64,000 bases of DNA from a virus. Lineage: Duplodnaviria; Caudoviricetes. The notes below the pieces were generated by a model. That model made no database searches, was not told the origin of the DNA, and worked only from the letters and a program-made list of their open reading frames with translations. Location: the IMG/VR virus record IMGVR_UViG_2599185359_000001, positions 1 through 64,000 of that record; one strand, given 5' to 3'. The position numbers and the translations under genes are program-made. Positions 1 through 10,260 of the stretch are shown one piece after another. The stretch's first letter is position 1. Each line of letters begins with the position of its first letter.

Positions 1-1236
1 CTAACTTCGATTTTCAGCCGCCTGTCCGAAGTTCCCGTTCAACACCTTCGCACCGTCGCGCAGGAAATCGAGATGATCGGACCAATGCTGCATCATCCGC
101 ACGCGTTCGTCCCAATACTCGCCTCGGGTGTAGGCGCGGCGCACGGCATTGTTGTCGCAGTGCGCGAGCTGTCGTTCGACGGCGTCGGGGTGCCATAGAC
201 CCATTTCGTTGAGCAGCGTGGCTGCCATTGCGCGGAAGCCATGGCCGGTCATTTCGTCCTGCGCATATCCCATCCGGCGGAGTGCTGCATTAATCGTGTT
301 CTCCGACATCGGCTTTCGGACGGATCGGAGGGATGGGAAGAGATAGCTGCTATAGTCTGCGTCGTGCTCGATCGAGGCAAGGATCGCGAGCGCCGGGCGG
401 GAGAGGGGGATCGCATGAGCTCGCCGCATCTTCGTCTTGTGCGGCGGAATGGTCCAGATCGCCCGTTCCAGATCGAAGTCCTGCCATTCTGCGAAACGTA
501 GCTCGCCAGGGCGGACGAAGACGTGTGGCAGGAGCCGCAGCGCCGCGAGGGTGTTCGGCTGCCCCTGGAAGCCCTCTATGGCCCTTAGGAGCTCTCCTGC
601 GGCCTTTGGCGTGGTAACAGCTGCGCGATGTGCTGGCTTGGGCGCGATCAGTGCGCCGCGGAGGTCGGCGGCAACGTCACGCTCGGCGCGGGCGGTGGCA
701 ATCGCGTAGCGAAATACCTGCGAACAGGTGCTGCGGAGCCGCTTTGCCGTCTCGTAACGCGCGTTGCCTTCCATCTTCCGCAGCATCAGAAGCAGTTCCT
801 GCGCGGATATCACGGCGATCGGGCGCTTGCCGATCGACGCGTTGATGAAACCGAGAAGCCAGCGGAGCTTCTTCATCGTGACCGGTGAGCGGCCTTCCTT
901 TTCGACCTTGGACAGCCATTCGTCCGCAACCGCTTCGAAGCTGTTGGAGGCAGCGACGGTCGCCGCTACCCGATTGAGCTTGATCCGCTCGGCGGGATCT
1001 TCGCCGCGGGCCAGCACTTTCCGCGCGGCATCACATTCTGCGCGTGCCTCTGCCAAGCCGGTGTCGGGCCAAACCCCGAAAGCGAGGGTCTTTTGCTTCC
1101 CATAATGCCGAAAGTTCATCCGCCAATAGCGTCCGCCGGATGGCGTCACGAGCAGGTAGAGCCCGTCTCTATCGCTTAGCTTGTAAGCCTTGCCGCGAAT
1201 CTCTGCGGCTTTGATGGCAACCACCGACAGCGCCAT
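1..1236 (-). CDS. P4-family tyrosine integrase with N-terminal Arm DNA-binding domain (belongs to an island extending left of the window)
   Basis: N-terminal DRDGLYLLVTPSGGRYWR arm domain; catalytic RPGE..., HGFR, H and Y (RRAY) motifs; start taken at MALSVV (1236); sits just downstream of a tRNA 3' end. Confidence 0.95.
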   Translation of the reverse strand: MALSVVAIKAAEIRGKAYKLSDRDGLYLLVTPSGGRYWRMNFRHYGKQKTLAFGVWPDTGLAEARAECDAARKVLARGEDPAERIKLNRVAATVAASNSFEAVADEWLSKVEKEGRSPVTMKKLRWLLGFINASIGKRPIAVISAQELLLMLRKMEGNARYETAKRLRSTCSQVFRYAIATARAERDVAADLRGALIAPKPAHRAAVTTPKAAGELLRAIEGFQGQPNTLAALRLLPHVFVRPGELRFAEWQDFDLERAIWTIPPHKTKMRRAHAIPLSRPALAILASIEHDADYSSYLFPSLRSVRKPMSENTINAALRRMGYAQDEMTGHGFRAMAATLLNEMGLWHPDAVERQLAHCDNNAVRRAYTRGEYWDERVRMMQHWSDHLDFLRDGAKVLNGNFGQAAENRS

Positions 1237-1400
1237 GATGGTATCTCCCGTCGAAGCGACCGGCACATGCCATCAGAAATACCATCAGCTTGTTGGTATG
1301 TAGTGGCATTTTGCCAGCTTGAATGAGAGACTTATACCACCAAAAAACCGCAGAAAACAGCCAGTTATGGCATGTTCTGGAATGCCTTGAGAAGGCAATT

Positions 1401-1440
1401 TGGTGACCCCTACGGGAATCGAACCCGTGTTTCAGCCGTG
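1401..1440 (-). pseudogene. 3' half of tRNA-Glu (anticodon loop to CCA); displaced att copy marking the prophage boundary
   Basis: Reverse complement CACGGCTGAAACACGGGTTCGATTCCCGTAGGGGTCACCA has a T-arm (GGTTCGATTCC) and CCA; the 5' half is absent and phage-like DNA follows at 1441. Confidence 0.85.
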
Positions 1441-1495
1441 CATTGCCCAACACACATATTTTCGCGGGGTAGGGATCGCGGGTTTACCTAACTGA

Positions 1496-1524
1496 GTGCA
1501 ATGCTGTGCAATGCTATGCACGCT
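1496..1524. repeat. Tandem 10-bp direct repeats GTGCAATGCT x2 plus a degenerate third copy; candidate integrase arm-type sites
   Basis: Seen directly 55-85 bp inside the att core. Confidence 0.5.
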
Positions 1525-1738
1525 AGAATCACCTAACCGCGAAGCACCGGGTCGAGCTTGGGGACACCGCTGCCCGGTGGGATCTAGCACCTTTCGAGCT
1601 GCAGGCGAAAATAAATATTGCGCCCGAAAAGCGTATGTGCAACGACACACACAAGAAGCGCGATCGAGGTAGGAGTCGAAAGCGCGGTCACCGCGGAGGA
1701 GCCGGTAGGACGGCAAGCCCGCAAAGCGAAGGAACCCC

Positions 1739-2896
1739 ATGCAGAAGAAGTTCGAACAGCTCTATAAACTGGACAGCAAGGGTAAGACCCGCGTCTGGTT
1801 CATGGAGCAGGATGGGGCGAAATATCGCACCCACGACGGCATCCTGGGCGGCACCGTCAAGGCGTCGAGCTGGCGCACCGCGAAGGCGACGAATGTCGGT
1901 CGCAGCAACGAGCGCACCCCGATCGCCCAGGCCTCATTCGAGATCGACGCCGCCTACGTGAAGCAGCTGAAGGGCGCCTATTACGACAACGTCGCCGACA
2001 TCCACCTGGGCTGCCGCTACACCGAGCCGATGCTCGCGGAGACCTACAAGTCGTTCGAGCCCGGCGACGCTCAGCCCAAGCTCGACGGCGCGCGCTGCAT
2101 CATGAAGGCCGCCGGCGGCTTCTCTCGCGAAGGCGAGGCGCTGCCGGGCGCCGCGCACATCCGAGCAGCGCTCGATGCGATATTCGAGAAGGCGCCGAAC
2201 CTGATGCTCGATGGCGAGCTCTACAATCACGAGCTGCGCGAGAACTTCAATGAGCTGATGAGCCTCATCAAGAAGGGTTCGCCGCCGGCCGAGCGCGCCG
2301 CGGAGATCGAAGCGACGATCCAGTACCACGTCTACGACATCCCCTCGATGGTAGGCGTGCCCTGGGAAGCGCGGCGCGACAAGCTCCGTGCGTTGATCAA
2401 GGCGATCAACCACCCCTCGATCGTCTATGTCGAGGCGCTCCCGGTCAACACGCCGGAGCAGTTCGACGAGCTGCACGTCCACTGGTGCGGCGCCGGCTTC
2501 GAGGGATCGATGTTCCGCAAGCGCGACGGTCTCTACGAGCAGGGCAAGCGCTCGAAGAACCTGCAGAAGCGCAAGGACTTCGACGACGCCGAGTTCGACA
2601 TCATCCCGGGCGGCATCGAGGAAGGTGAGGGGAACTGGGCAGGGGCCGCAAAGCGCGTGATCTGCTGGCTGCCGAACGCCGACCGTTCGATCGACCTCAG
2701 CGACGACAAGGCGCGGAAGGCAAACACCTTCGAGGCCGGTCTTCGCGGCAAGTATCCGGCGAACGCCAAGCTCTTCGCCGAGCGTGACCAGCACAAGGTC
2801 GTGACGGTGCGCTTCTTCGGCTGGACCCCCAGCGAGATCCCCAAGCCGCGCTTCGGCGTGGCGACCAAGTTCCACGGCGCCGCGCGGACGCTGTGA
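1739..2896 (+). CDS. Phage ATP-dependent DNA ligase
   Basis: Motif I PKLDG, DGELY, YHVYD, GFEGSM, KRSKNLQKRK; C-terminal PRF; SD AAGGAA upstream. Confidence 0.9.
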   Translation: MQKKFEQLYKLDSKGKTRVWFMEQDGAKYRTHDGILGGTVKASSWRTAKATNVGRSNERTPIAQASFEIDAAYVKQLKGAYYDNVADIHLGCRYTEPMLAETYKSFEPGDAQPKLDGARCIMKAAGGFSREGEALPGAAHIRAALDAIFEKAPNLMLDGELYNHELRENFNELMSLIKKGSPPAERAAEIEATIQYHVYDIPSMVGVPWEARRDKLRALIKAINHPSIVYVEALPVNTPEQFDELHVHWCGAGFEGSMFRKRDGLYEQGKRSKNLQKRKDFDDAEFDIIPGGIEEGEGNWAGAAKRVICWLPNADRSIDLSDDKARKANTFEAGLRGKYPANAKLFAERDQHKVVTVRFFGWTPSEIPKPRFGVATKFHGAARTL

Positions 2897-2942
2897 TCAA
2901 CCAGCCCGGCCTCGCGGCCGGGCCACAACCCGAGAGAAGATA

Positions 2943-4601
2943 ATGCTGAAGCGGTTCATCAACTGGCTGGCGCGCAAGACGCCGCAATACAAGGCGCTCG
3001 AGGCCAATCGCGACGAGTGGCGCGACGACTACCTCGAAATGTGCGCACGTCGCAGCACCTGGGAGAAGAAGGCCAGGGGCTACCAGGACGTCCTGGTGGA
3101 GATCACCGGCTCGATCGAGAGCATCACCACGCCCAACGGCACGCTGCGCAAGATCCGCCGCATGGCGAACGAAGGCCTCGCCGGCTGATGGCCAGCGTGC
3201 CGCCATCGGTCGCGCAGGCGATCCAGGACCACGTCTTGGACTTCGAGCGAGAGACCAAGAACAACGGAAATCCGCCGTTCTATATGCGCGATCTGACGGC
3301 CGCGGTGCTGGCCAAGGTGGTAGCGGCGCCGGATAGCCCGGGCCGTATCCTCCGCATGTTAAAGCGCCAGGGCTTCGTCGACTATCGCGTCGAAGATCGC
3401 GCGCGTTCGCTGTATCGGTTTGTCTGATGACTGTGTCGAGCAACACACACGCAATTTTGCGGTCTCACTCATTCGCGAAGCTGATGCGATATGCTGATCG
3501 ACAAGCTCTCGTGTTTCTGACGCGCGACGAGACCGGGTCGCTGAAGATCATCGTGCAGCTGTGGTGCGTTCGCGAAGACAATCAGCTGCGCATTTCGCTC
3601 GCGGTCGACGGCGCCGACGATGAGGTGATCGCCCAGGGCTTTCACACCCTGGACGAAGCCCAGCTGAAGCGAACGCTGGACGAGCTCGGCGTCGACAAGA
3701 CGCTGGCGCAGCTCGAACAAGCAGCCCTGCCGCCGGCTGTTACGAACGCACAGCCGGCTGCTGATAGCGAGCCGAGGGTCTACTTCGACTGCGGCCAGTG
3801 CGGCGAAATCGGAAAGGTGGCCGACCTGAAGCAGCACGCCACCCGCCCCATGCCGGACGATATCGGGTTCTGTCCGAAGTGCCGCGTAGAGGTCGACGAC
3901 GTCCTGAACGAAACGGAGGTGCGCGAGCGGCTCAGGGAATACGACGAGGACCCGGACGCGTTTCTCGCGAAGCTCGGGGCTGGTTGATGACCGATCGCGG
4001 CATTCTGATGCTGAAGCCGATAGGCAGCGTGCCGCGCGACGGGCGCACTGTCGGGGTGTTCTGCCCCGGCGAGACGCCGGAGCACGTCTCCTGCCGCTGG
4101 TCGAGCGCGCCCAACGAGGATGGTACCGTCGCGTGGGAGGGGTTGATGTTCGTCGAGCCGATGCTCGCCGACGTTTGCCCTGACGGCCCGCAGAACGCGA
4201 CCCACTGGTACGATCTGCCGAGCATCGAGACCCAGTTGGTAAACCCGGCGTGGAAGTCGGAGCGAGAGATGCTTCGGGAGTCCTACGAGCAGGAGTTCGG
4301 CCGCCCGCGCGACAAGACCTGGCTCGGCGAGCTCGAGCCTCATGAACGCTTCACCCAAGAACAGCGGGCCGTGCTGATGGAGCGGCAGCTGCGGGCGGAT
4401 GCGGCCGACGTCTACTGGTTCGTTCAGTTGGAGCGCCAGACTGATGATATCCGCAATCCTCTGCGCTCCGGCTACCGCAAGATTTCGGCGCCCTGTCCGG
4501 TGCTGCAGGACTTCCGGCCGGAGCGGGGTGACGCCTACATCGTCGTGCCTTCCGGCAACATTCAGCGCGCCGAGTGGTCGGTGCAAGGCGAGCCAAGCTG
4601 A
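2943..4601 (+). CDS. Four translationally coupled hypothetical proteins (2943-3188; 3188-3427, wHTH-like; 3427-3987, two CxxC; 3987-4601)
   Basis: TGATG stop/start overlaps and phage-like codon use. Confidence 0.7.
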
Positions 4602-4999
4602 TGCGCGTCCTGGTCACCGGCGGCCGGTACTTCAACCTGGTCGACGAGGTTCATCGGGTGCTCAGCCGCGTCCACCAGAAGCACGGCATCGAAGAGCTCG
4701 GAGAGGGCTGGGCGACGGGGGCCGACGAGCTATGCCGCCTTTGGGCGCTTGCTCACGGGATACCCGTCGCCAGCTATGAGGCGAACTGGAAGACGTTCGG
4801 CGGCCGGGCAGGGATCATGCGCAATGCATCGATGCTGCGCGCGTTCAAGCCCGACCTTGCGATCGCATTTCCTGGCGGGGATGGCACCCGTGACATGCGG
4901 TACCGGCTGCGCGAAGCTCGCGTTCCCACGATGGTGGGACGCTTCACCGACACGAGCGAGACCGCTCTAGCCTGGGATCTGTGGCGCCCCGGGCATTGA
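4601..4999 (+). CDS. YspA/SLOG-family (DUF2493-like) protein
   Basis: MRVLVTGGR...GADE...AGIMRN...AFPGGDGT signature. Confidence 0.8.
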   Translation: MRVLVTGGRYFNLVDEVHRVLSRVHQKHGIEELGEGWATGADELCRLWALAHGIPVASYEANWKTFGGRAGIMRNASMLRAFKPDLAIAFPGGDGTRDMRYRLREARVPTMVGRFTDTSETALAWDLWRPGH

Positions 5000-5071
5000 T
5001 CCGCCACCGCAATTCGCTGTTGCGCTGACAGCGTGTGCGTTTTAACACACACCAACATTCACGAGGTTCAA

Positions 5072-5380
5072 ATGCGAAAGATCTTCAAGGCTTCCATGTT
5101 CGCCGCCGCGGTTCTCCTGGCCGCATCGCCGCTCGCCGGGTGCTCGGACGCGCGCATCGCAAAATTCCAGGCGCTCGGCACGCCGGCGCGGGTCACCTGC
5201 TACTCAGGCGGACGCGTCATCCTCGACGACTTCTCGACCGGCAAGGTGCTCAGCGAGAGCGAGAGTGACGGCATCTACTTCAACTCGCGCACGACCGGTC
5301 GCCTGATCGAAACCAGCGCCGACTGCGTCATCGACCACATGACCGCGGTGCCCGCCGGCTGGACACCGGTGCTACCGTGA
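5072..5380 (+). CDS. Putative lipoprotein
   Basis: Basic N-terminus, hydrophobic stretch and LAGC lipobox. Confidence 0.7.
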   Translation: MRKIFKASMFAAAVLLAASPLAGCSDARIAKFQALGTPARVTCYSGGRVILDDFSTGKVLSESESDGIYFNSRTTGRLIETSADCVIDHMTAVPAGWTPVLP

Positions 5381-6205
5381 GCGGTAGCCCAACCGAGCTT
5401 GAGGCTGTCGTCTACCGTGAGATCAAGCGGTCCGGCGCCCGCGGGGCAACTCTGGACGACGTTGTTCTGGTCACGCAGCTGGATAAGGTGACTGCTTCCC
5501 CTCGCTTCCGGCCGCTCGAAAACAAGGGGCTCATCAAGCGCGCCGGGAAGCGACCTGGCGCCGCGGGGCGAGGTCAGACGGTATGGGTGACGGCTTGAGC
5601 GGCGGGGCCGAAGACCTGCTTGACGCCGAGGTCGACGAGCTCCTGAAAGAGCTCGCGGCCACGGAGCAAAAGGCGAGGGCAAGCGATCTCTACCGCCAGT
5701 TCATGGCGCTACCGGATGAGCAGAAACGCGCGTGGGCGGAGATGATCATGCCTAGCATGATGCCGCGGTTTTTCGAGCCGATGAAGATGGACATCAGCTC
5801 GGAGCGTGAGAGCGACAGCTTCAGGTATCGCATGGACTGGAGCTTCGCGCCGGTGGTGCGTCACCCTAGGTCGATCGTGAGCATCCAGAGCGTATGAAGA
5901 CGCTGCGGCCCGAGAGCCCACCCGGCGGCGTCCGCTATCGACTGAGCTTCACCAAGCCCGGCGAGATGGAGAACGGCCGCGCCTGCCGGGTCTACTGCGA
6001 GGAGGAAGAGGCTGACGAGTGCATCGTCGAGCTGAGCGGCGTTCGCTGGACCGACTGGCGTTTCGGGCGCAGCGAACGCGACCCGAAGCAATGGGATAGC
6101 GATCTCCAGTATCTCCTCGACGCCTTCCAGCACGCGTTCGCCCAGGGCGTCACTCACCAGAAGAACCAGATCCGCGACCAGCTGCGGGAATTGATAGGTC
6201 TATGA
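5377..6205 (+). CDS. Small wHTH-like protein (5377-5598) and two hypothetical proteins (~5595-5897, 5894-6205)
   Basis: Coupled ORFs; first has GATLDDV...SPRFRPLENKGLI. Confidence 0.6.
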
Positions 6206-6594
6206 CGCACAACGAGGGCAACACGAAATACCGCCTGCAGCGGCTCATGGCGTCCCGTCAGTGGCTGATCCGTGCGGAGACGTTCATCGCCGGAAAGCCA
6301 CAGCCCCTGATCCATATCGAGAAAATCACGGATGTTGGCCAGGACGAGGAAGGCGCGCTCGTCGAGGGACTGCAGCGCCTGCGGCCAAAAGTGAAGCGCG
6401 GCGAGGAGCTCGCCTTGGGGCGAGACGTCTCTCTTCCGCCGGACCCGGTCGTCGATCGGATCGTCGCCCGAGAGCGCGCGCAGCGGGAGAAGGCCGAGGA
6501 AGCTCGCCGACGCGCGCTGGACGAAGCGCAAGCTCACCGTGAAGCAGCTGCTCGGCAGCTCGATGAAGCCAATCCGATGTGGGGGATGTTCTGA
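6202..6594 (+). CDS. Hypothetical protein with C-terminal NPMWGMF tag
   Basis: Coupled ORF; charged helical tail then tag and stop. Confidence 0.75.
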   Translation: MTHNEGNTKYRLQRLMASRQWLIRAETFIAGKPQPLIHIEKITDVGQDEEGALVEGLQRLRPKVKRGEELALGRDVSLPPDPVVDRIVARERAQREKAEEARRRALDEAQAHREAAARQLDEANPMWGMF

Positions 6595-7332
6595 TGGCCT
6601 CAAACCTCATCTGTGACACGGGCCGACACACCCTGTCGACCGAAGCGATCAACCGCCACTGCCATCACTGCGTGATGGAAGCCGCACGGCAGCGTTGCAT
6701 CGAACGCGGGGAGGGGTGGCGCTGGGGCGTCGAGACGATCGTGGTAGAGGTCAACCGCGACGACGCGGCCGCCTTCCGTGTGCTGGTGGGCAGCTTCCGC
6801 AACGCGAGGATCCTGACATGATCACGATGGAGGAGAAGGCTGCGGCCTGGATCGTAACCGCACGACACATGCTTCGACTGAACTCGGCCGGGCCGCTGCA
6901 CGCGGTGATCGAGGACGGGAACGTCGACGACGAGCACCTTTGTGCCGCGCTGGAAGACCCGGCGCTCACAGAGGCAGAGCGCCACTTCGCGACCATGTTC
7001 CTGCAGTGCTTCACCGCCGACGAGCGCGTGGCCATCTACGAGCTGACCACCGGCGCCAGCTGAGGCGTCGAGAGCAATGCCCTCTTTGTGTCATGTTCGC
7101 TCGCTGCTACCTCCAGGTCTCCCAAAATGAGGAGAGAGCGATGGATAAGCAGCAGATCGCGGACATGCTGGAGAAGATCGACGCCAACCTGAAGTTCATG
7201 TTTGGTGAGGCGGCGCGTCTCGCCGGGTCTCCCAAGGAAGGCTTGGGCCGATACGAGATGTGGGACGACAAGACCGGGGAGAAGATGCCCGACCTGGTCG
7301 AGCTGGCCGCAGCGGTGCGCAATCTTCCTTGA
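6594..7332 (+). CDS. Three small hypothetical proteins (6594-6821, 6818-7063, 7141-7332)
   Basis: Coupled starts; GAGGAG SD before 7141. Confidence 0.6.
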
Positions 7333-7468
7333 TGGCCAGACCCCGCCGGCCCTATCTGTGTCGGCGGGGTCAGACAGCAACGAATCGGGCCGAGCCATGT
7401 GCCGATCGTCGCGTTTTCCCTGCGCCCGCACTCAACCGTTCGTTGACTTCTGCGTTGTACCACCGATA

Positions 7469-7494
7469 TTGACGTAACGGTCAATACCGTTACG
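7469..7494 (+). promoter_or_regulatory. Promoter/operator of the TA pair: TTGACG overlapping a perfect 9-bp inverted repeat CGTAACGGT-caat-ACCGTTACG
   Basis: Seen directly upstream of 7517. Confidence 0.6.
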
Positions 7495-7516
7495 GTCACA
7501 GCGCTAGGAGGGCGAA

Positions 7517-7663
7517 ATGGCTACCAAGTTCATTGCTGGCGACGCCACCACGACCCGCCGCAAGCGCGTCGCGCGCCCGACCGGCAAGCGCGTCGATATC
7601 GGCAAGGTGGTGAGCGACATGCACGATCGCTACCCGACCGTTATGGCGCACCTCGCTGAATGA
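7517..7663 (+). CDS. Small putative antitoxin (48 aa)
   Basis: SD AGGAGG; ATGA overlap with the Doc/Fic gene; C-terminal RYPTVMAHLAE resembles Doc-partner antitoxins. Confidence 0.65.
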   Translation: MATKFIAGDATTTRRKRVARPTGKRVDIGKVVSDMHDRYPTVMAHLAE

Positions 7664-8307
7664 GTGAGCCGCTCTGGCTCACTACGAGCGAGATAATCGA
7701 GATCAATGCACGCATCGTTGCGAGGACGGAAGAGCCCTCGTTTGTAAAGGATTGGCCGGCGCTTGAGAGCGCGGCTGACCGGCCTCGCAACGCATATGGC
7801 TACGGGCAAGATGACATTGCCTACCTGGCCGCGATGACGTGCGTTGCGATCGCCCAGAACCACCCGTTCATGCAGGGCAACAAGCGCACGGCGCTGATCG
7901 GAATGCAGGTGTTCCTGCAGAACAACGGCTACAGCTTCAACGCGCCCGACGTGCGCGAGGTCTCCCAGCTCATCTATGACGTGGTCGAGCATCGCCTCGA
8001 TGTTGATGGCCTTGCCGACCGCTTCGATCCGTGGATCGAGGAGCTAGGGGAGGGGTATAGCGGCATGGATCTCGGCGACCTGATCGCCGGAATGCCAGCG
8101 CAGTCGTTCTCGATCCACTTCACCGCTGGGAGCAAGTTCGACGGCGGTGGTGAGATCAACCTCACGCCCAAGGGAATGAAAACCATCACTGTATCTGTGC
8201 TGCGGCAGTCCGTTGACGCCGTTCAACATGAGGCAAGACGGCAAGCCGCCCAAGCGCGCTTCTGGTCCAAGGCAAAAAAGCGGCCGCCGGGCGACGAGCC
8301 AGCCTAA
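7660..8307 (+). CDS. Doc/Fic-family toxin
   Basis: HPFMQGNKRTA Fic/Doc motif; LESAADRP. Confidence 0.9.
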   Translation: MSEPLWLTTSEIIEINARIVARTEEPSFVKDWPALESAADRPRNAYGYGQDDIAYLAAMTCVAIAQNHPFMQGNKRTALIGMQVFLQNNGYSFNAPDVREVSQLIYDVVEHRLDVDGLADRFDPWIEELGEGYSGMDLGDLIAGMPAQSFSIHFTAGSKFDGGGEINLTPKGMKTITVSVLRQSVDAVQHEARRQAAQARFWSKAKKRPPGDEPA

Positions 8308-8811
8308 CGGTGCTTCTTCTTGGCCGACCGCAGCGCGTGGAAGTAGGCGGTCACCACCCGAGTGCCATCCACAGGGCCAGGATCCGGCCGCCGGGCGGGA
8401 ACCACGAGCACCTGATCCGATCGGCGGCAGGATGAGCACCTGAAGTGCCGGCTGGCGGCCGGCAGTTCCAGGGGCCAGCCGCGCTGGCGGAATTGCAGCC
8501 AGATGATCGCGTCGATCCGCTCGCCTCGAGCGCAGCGGAAGCACCACACCCTGATGTCCTGTCCCGCCTGGTCTATGGCCTCAATGGTCCGCATCGGTGG
8601 AACATAGACGGAACACTCACGGCCAGCCAGATCAGAAATCGATGTCGCGGCGCTCCATCTCCGAGGCGAGCGCCTCGACCGCCGGCGTTGTGGCATCGCC
8701 ACACGCGGCGGCCGTGCGCTGCCACTGGTCCACGAGTTCCTGGTCCGTTTTCCCGGCGAGCTCGCGGGTCCACTGGTCCAGCTGGTCCTTTGTCCAAGGG
8801 TCCGTCGTCAT
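8304..8811 (-). CDS. Zn-ribbon protein (8304-8594) and small hypothetical protein (8632-8811)
   Basis: CFRC...CSSC in the first; the second is DQ-rich. Confidence 0.55.
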
Positions 8812-9151
8812 CCTGGCAGCATGGTCCAGCTGGTCCAGCGAGGCAAGTGGGGCAGGGAGCTCGGCGGTGGATGGCACAAGCGGGCTCATCGGCGCCTGTG
8901 GATGGCAGAGTGATCGGACCACCGGCTGATAGGCGGCATCCGGGTCTAGCACTTGACGCGTTTTCTAGGACCTCCTCCTTGACAGCACTCCGATGGTTGC
9001 GAGTCGCGGTCGATGCGAGTCGCGCTTCTGTCAAGCAAACGCGACACTGTCTCTAGAGCGTTTTAAGCTACGCTAGAGCGCATAAACGAAAAAGAGCTAG
9101 TGCGACCGCTCTAGCTCTTTGATCGTGCTCTAGCGCGCGTCGTAGCGCATT

Positions 9152-9301
9152 CTAGCGTATGCTGCTAACCGCATTGCGAAGCTTGCGCGCAGCGGTGCGA
9201 ACCGCGCGGTTATCGCTAGAGCAATCGCGTGCGATGATAGCGCGAGCGTTAGCGCACTTGCGAAGTGCGGTGCGAACCTTGCGCTTGTCAGTGCGAGACA
9301 T
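9152..9301 (-). CDS. Small basic 49-aa protein (MSRTDKRKVRTALRKC...)
   Basis: SD GAGGT; ORF read by hand; contains no Pro, Trp or Gly. Confidence 0.55.
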   Translation of the reverse strand: MSRTDKRKVRTALRKCANARAIIARDCSSDNRAVRTAARKLRNAVSSIR

Positions 9302-9340
9302 AATCAAACCTCAGTAATAGCGTTGGTGCGGTGCGTAGCA

Positions 9341-9368
9341 GGTAGGTGCGCACCGAAGTGCGCACCTT
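9341..9368 (-). terminator. Hairpin AGGTGCGCAC-TTCG-GTGCGCACCT after the 294-aa gene
   Basis: 10-bp stem with UUCG loop; no U-tract, so it may be a stability or processing hairpin. Confidence 0.45.
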
Positions 9369-9375
9369 GTTAGCT

Positions 9376-10260
9376 TCACTTCATGAAGTCAGCGCGGAAC
9401 ATCGCGAAGAAAGCGTGCGAACCATCAAGCGCGATAGCGTCGCGGTTCTTCTGTACGCTCTTGATCGCACCGAGACCGAGAACGTCTAGAACGTTGCGCG
9501 CTTGCGACGACTGCGTCTCAGCACCGCTAGTCATTGCAGTGTGCGCTTGTTCGGTGAGGTAGTCGATCAGCTCTTGATCGCTGAACAGGTTCGTAAAACC
9601 TTGCGAGCAAAGAAAGCGACGATTCATGTCGTTAGTGATATCGGTGCAACCGCGATCGGTAGCAACCAGTGCGCAAGCGATGAAAGCGCGCGTTACCTTT
9701 TCGAGACGCGAACCGAAACCAGCGACGTACTTAGCGATTTCGGTAATCTTCTTGAGCGCTTTCGCGTTAAACATCGCGTTCGACGAAACCTTGCGTTCGA
9801 TGACGTCGCTTGCGTTGATACCGAGCGCGAGAAACAGACGCGCAATCGCTTGTTCATTTGCAAGCATGCGCTTGCGTTCGCGAGTGTAAGAATTGTCTTC
9901 GCTCAGCGAAAGACCGTTGCTCGCTTCGAAAGCGTCGCGACGCTCGAAGCTTTCGCGCACCGACTGCACCGCATCTTGCACGGTGACGGTATCGAAAGAC
10001 AGCGCAACGTCGCGCAGCGTGACGACTTCGCTTGCGTCGGTGTTTTCGAGCGATGCGAGCACGTCGGCAACGTCGTCAGCGTCGAGCGTGTCGTCGATGG
10101 TCGCGACCGAGGTGTCAGCGTCACCGATGATAGCGAGCGCACCAGCGCTGGCAGCGAGCGTCAGACCGTTCTTTTTCGCATAGCGCTTTGCGGCTGCTTC
10201 GCTCTTGAACGCGTGAACCGAAACCGAACCAGCGACGTCGACGAGATTGAAATCGATCAT
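9376..10260 (-). CDS. 294-aa Pro-free, Trp-free hypothetical protein; acidic N-half and probable C-terminal winged-helix
   Basis: SD AAAGGT; two AGCGGT hairpins upstream; SGAETQSSQARNVLDVLGL motif resembles the 39079-39945 protein. Confidence 0.8.
   Translation of the reverse strand: MIDFNLVDVAGSVSVHAFKSEAAAKRYAKKNGLTLAASAGALAIIGDADTSVATIDDTLDADDVADVLASLENTDASEVVTLRDVALSFDTVTVQDAVQSVRESFERRDAFEASNGLSLSEDNSYTRERKRMLANEQAIARLFLALGINASDVIERKVSSNAMFNAKALKKITEIAKYVAGFGSRLEKVTRAFIACALVATDRGCTDITNDMNRRFLCSQGFTNLFSDQELIDYLTEQAHTAMTSGAETQSSQARNVLDVLGLGAIKSVQKNRDAIALDGSHAFFAMFRADFMK

Noticed and set aside
1401-1440. Intact tRNA gene
   Set aside because: D-arm and 5' acceptor strand are missing
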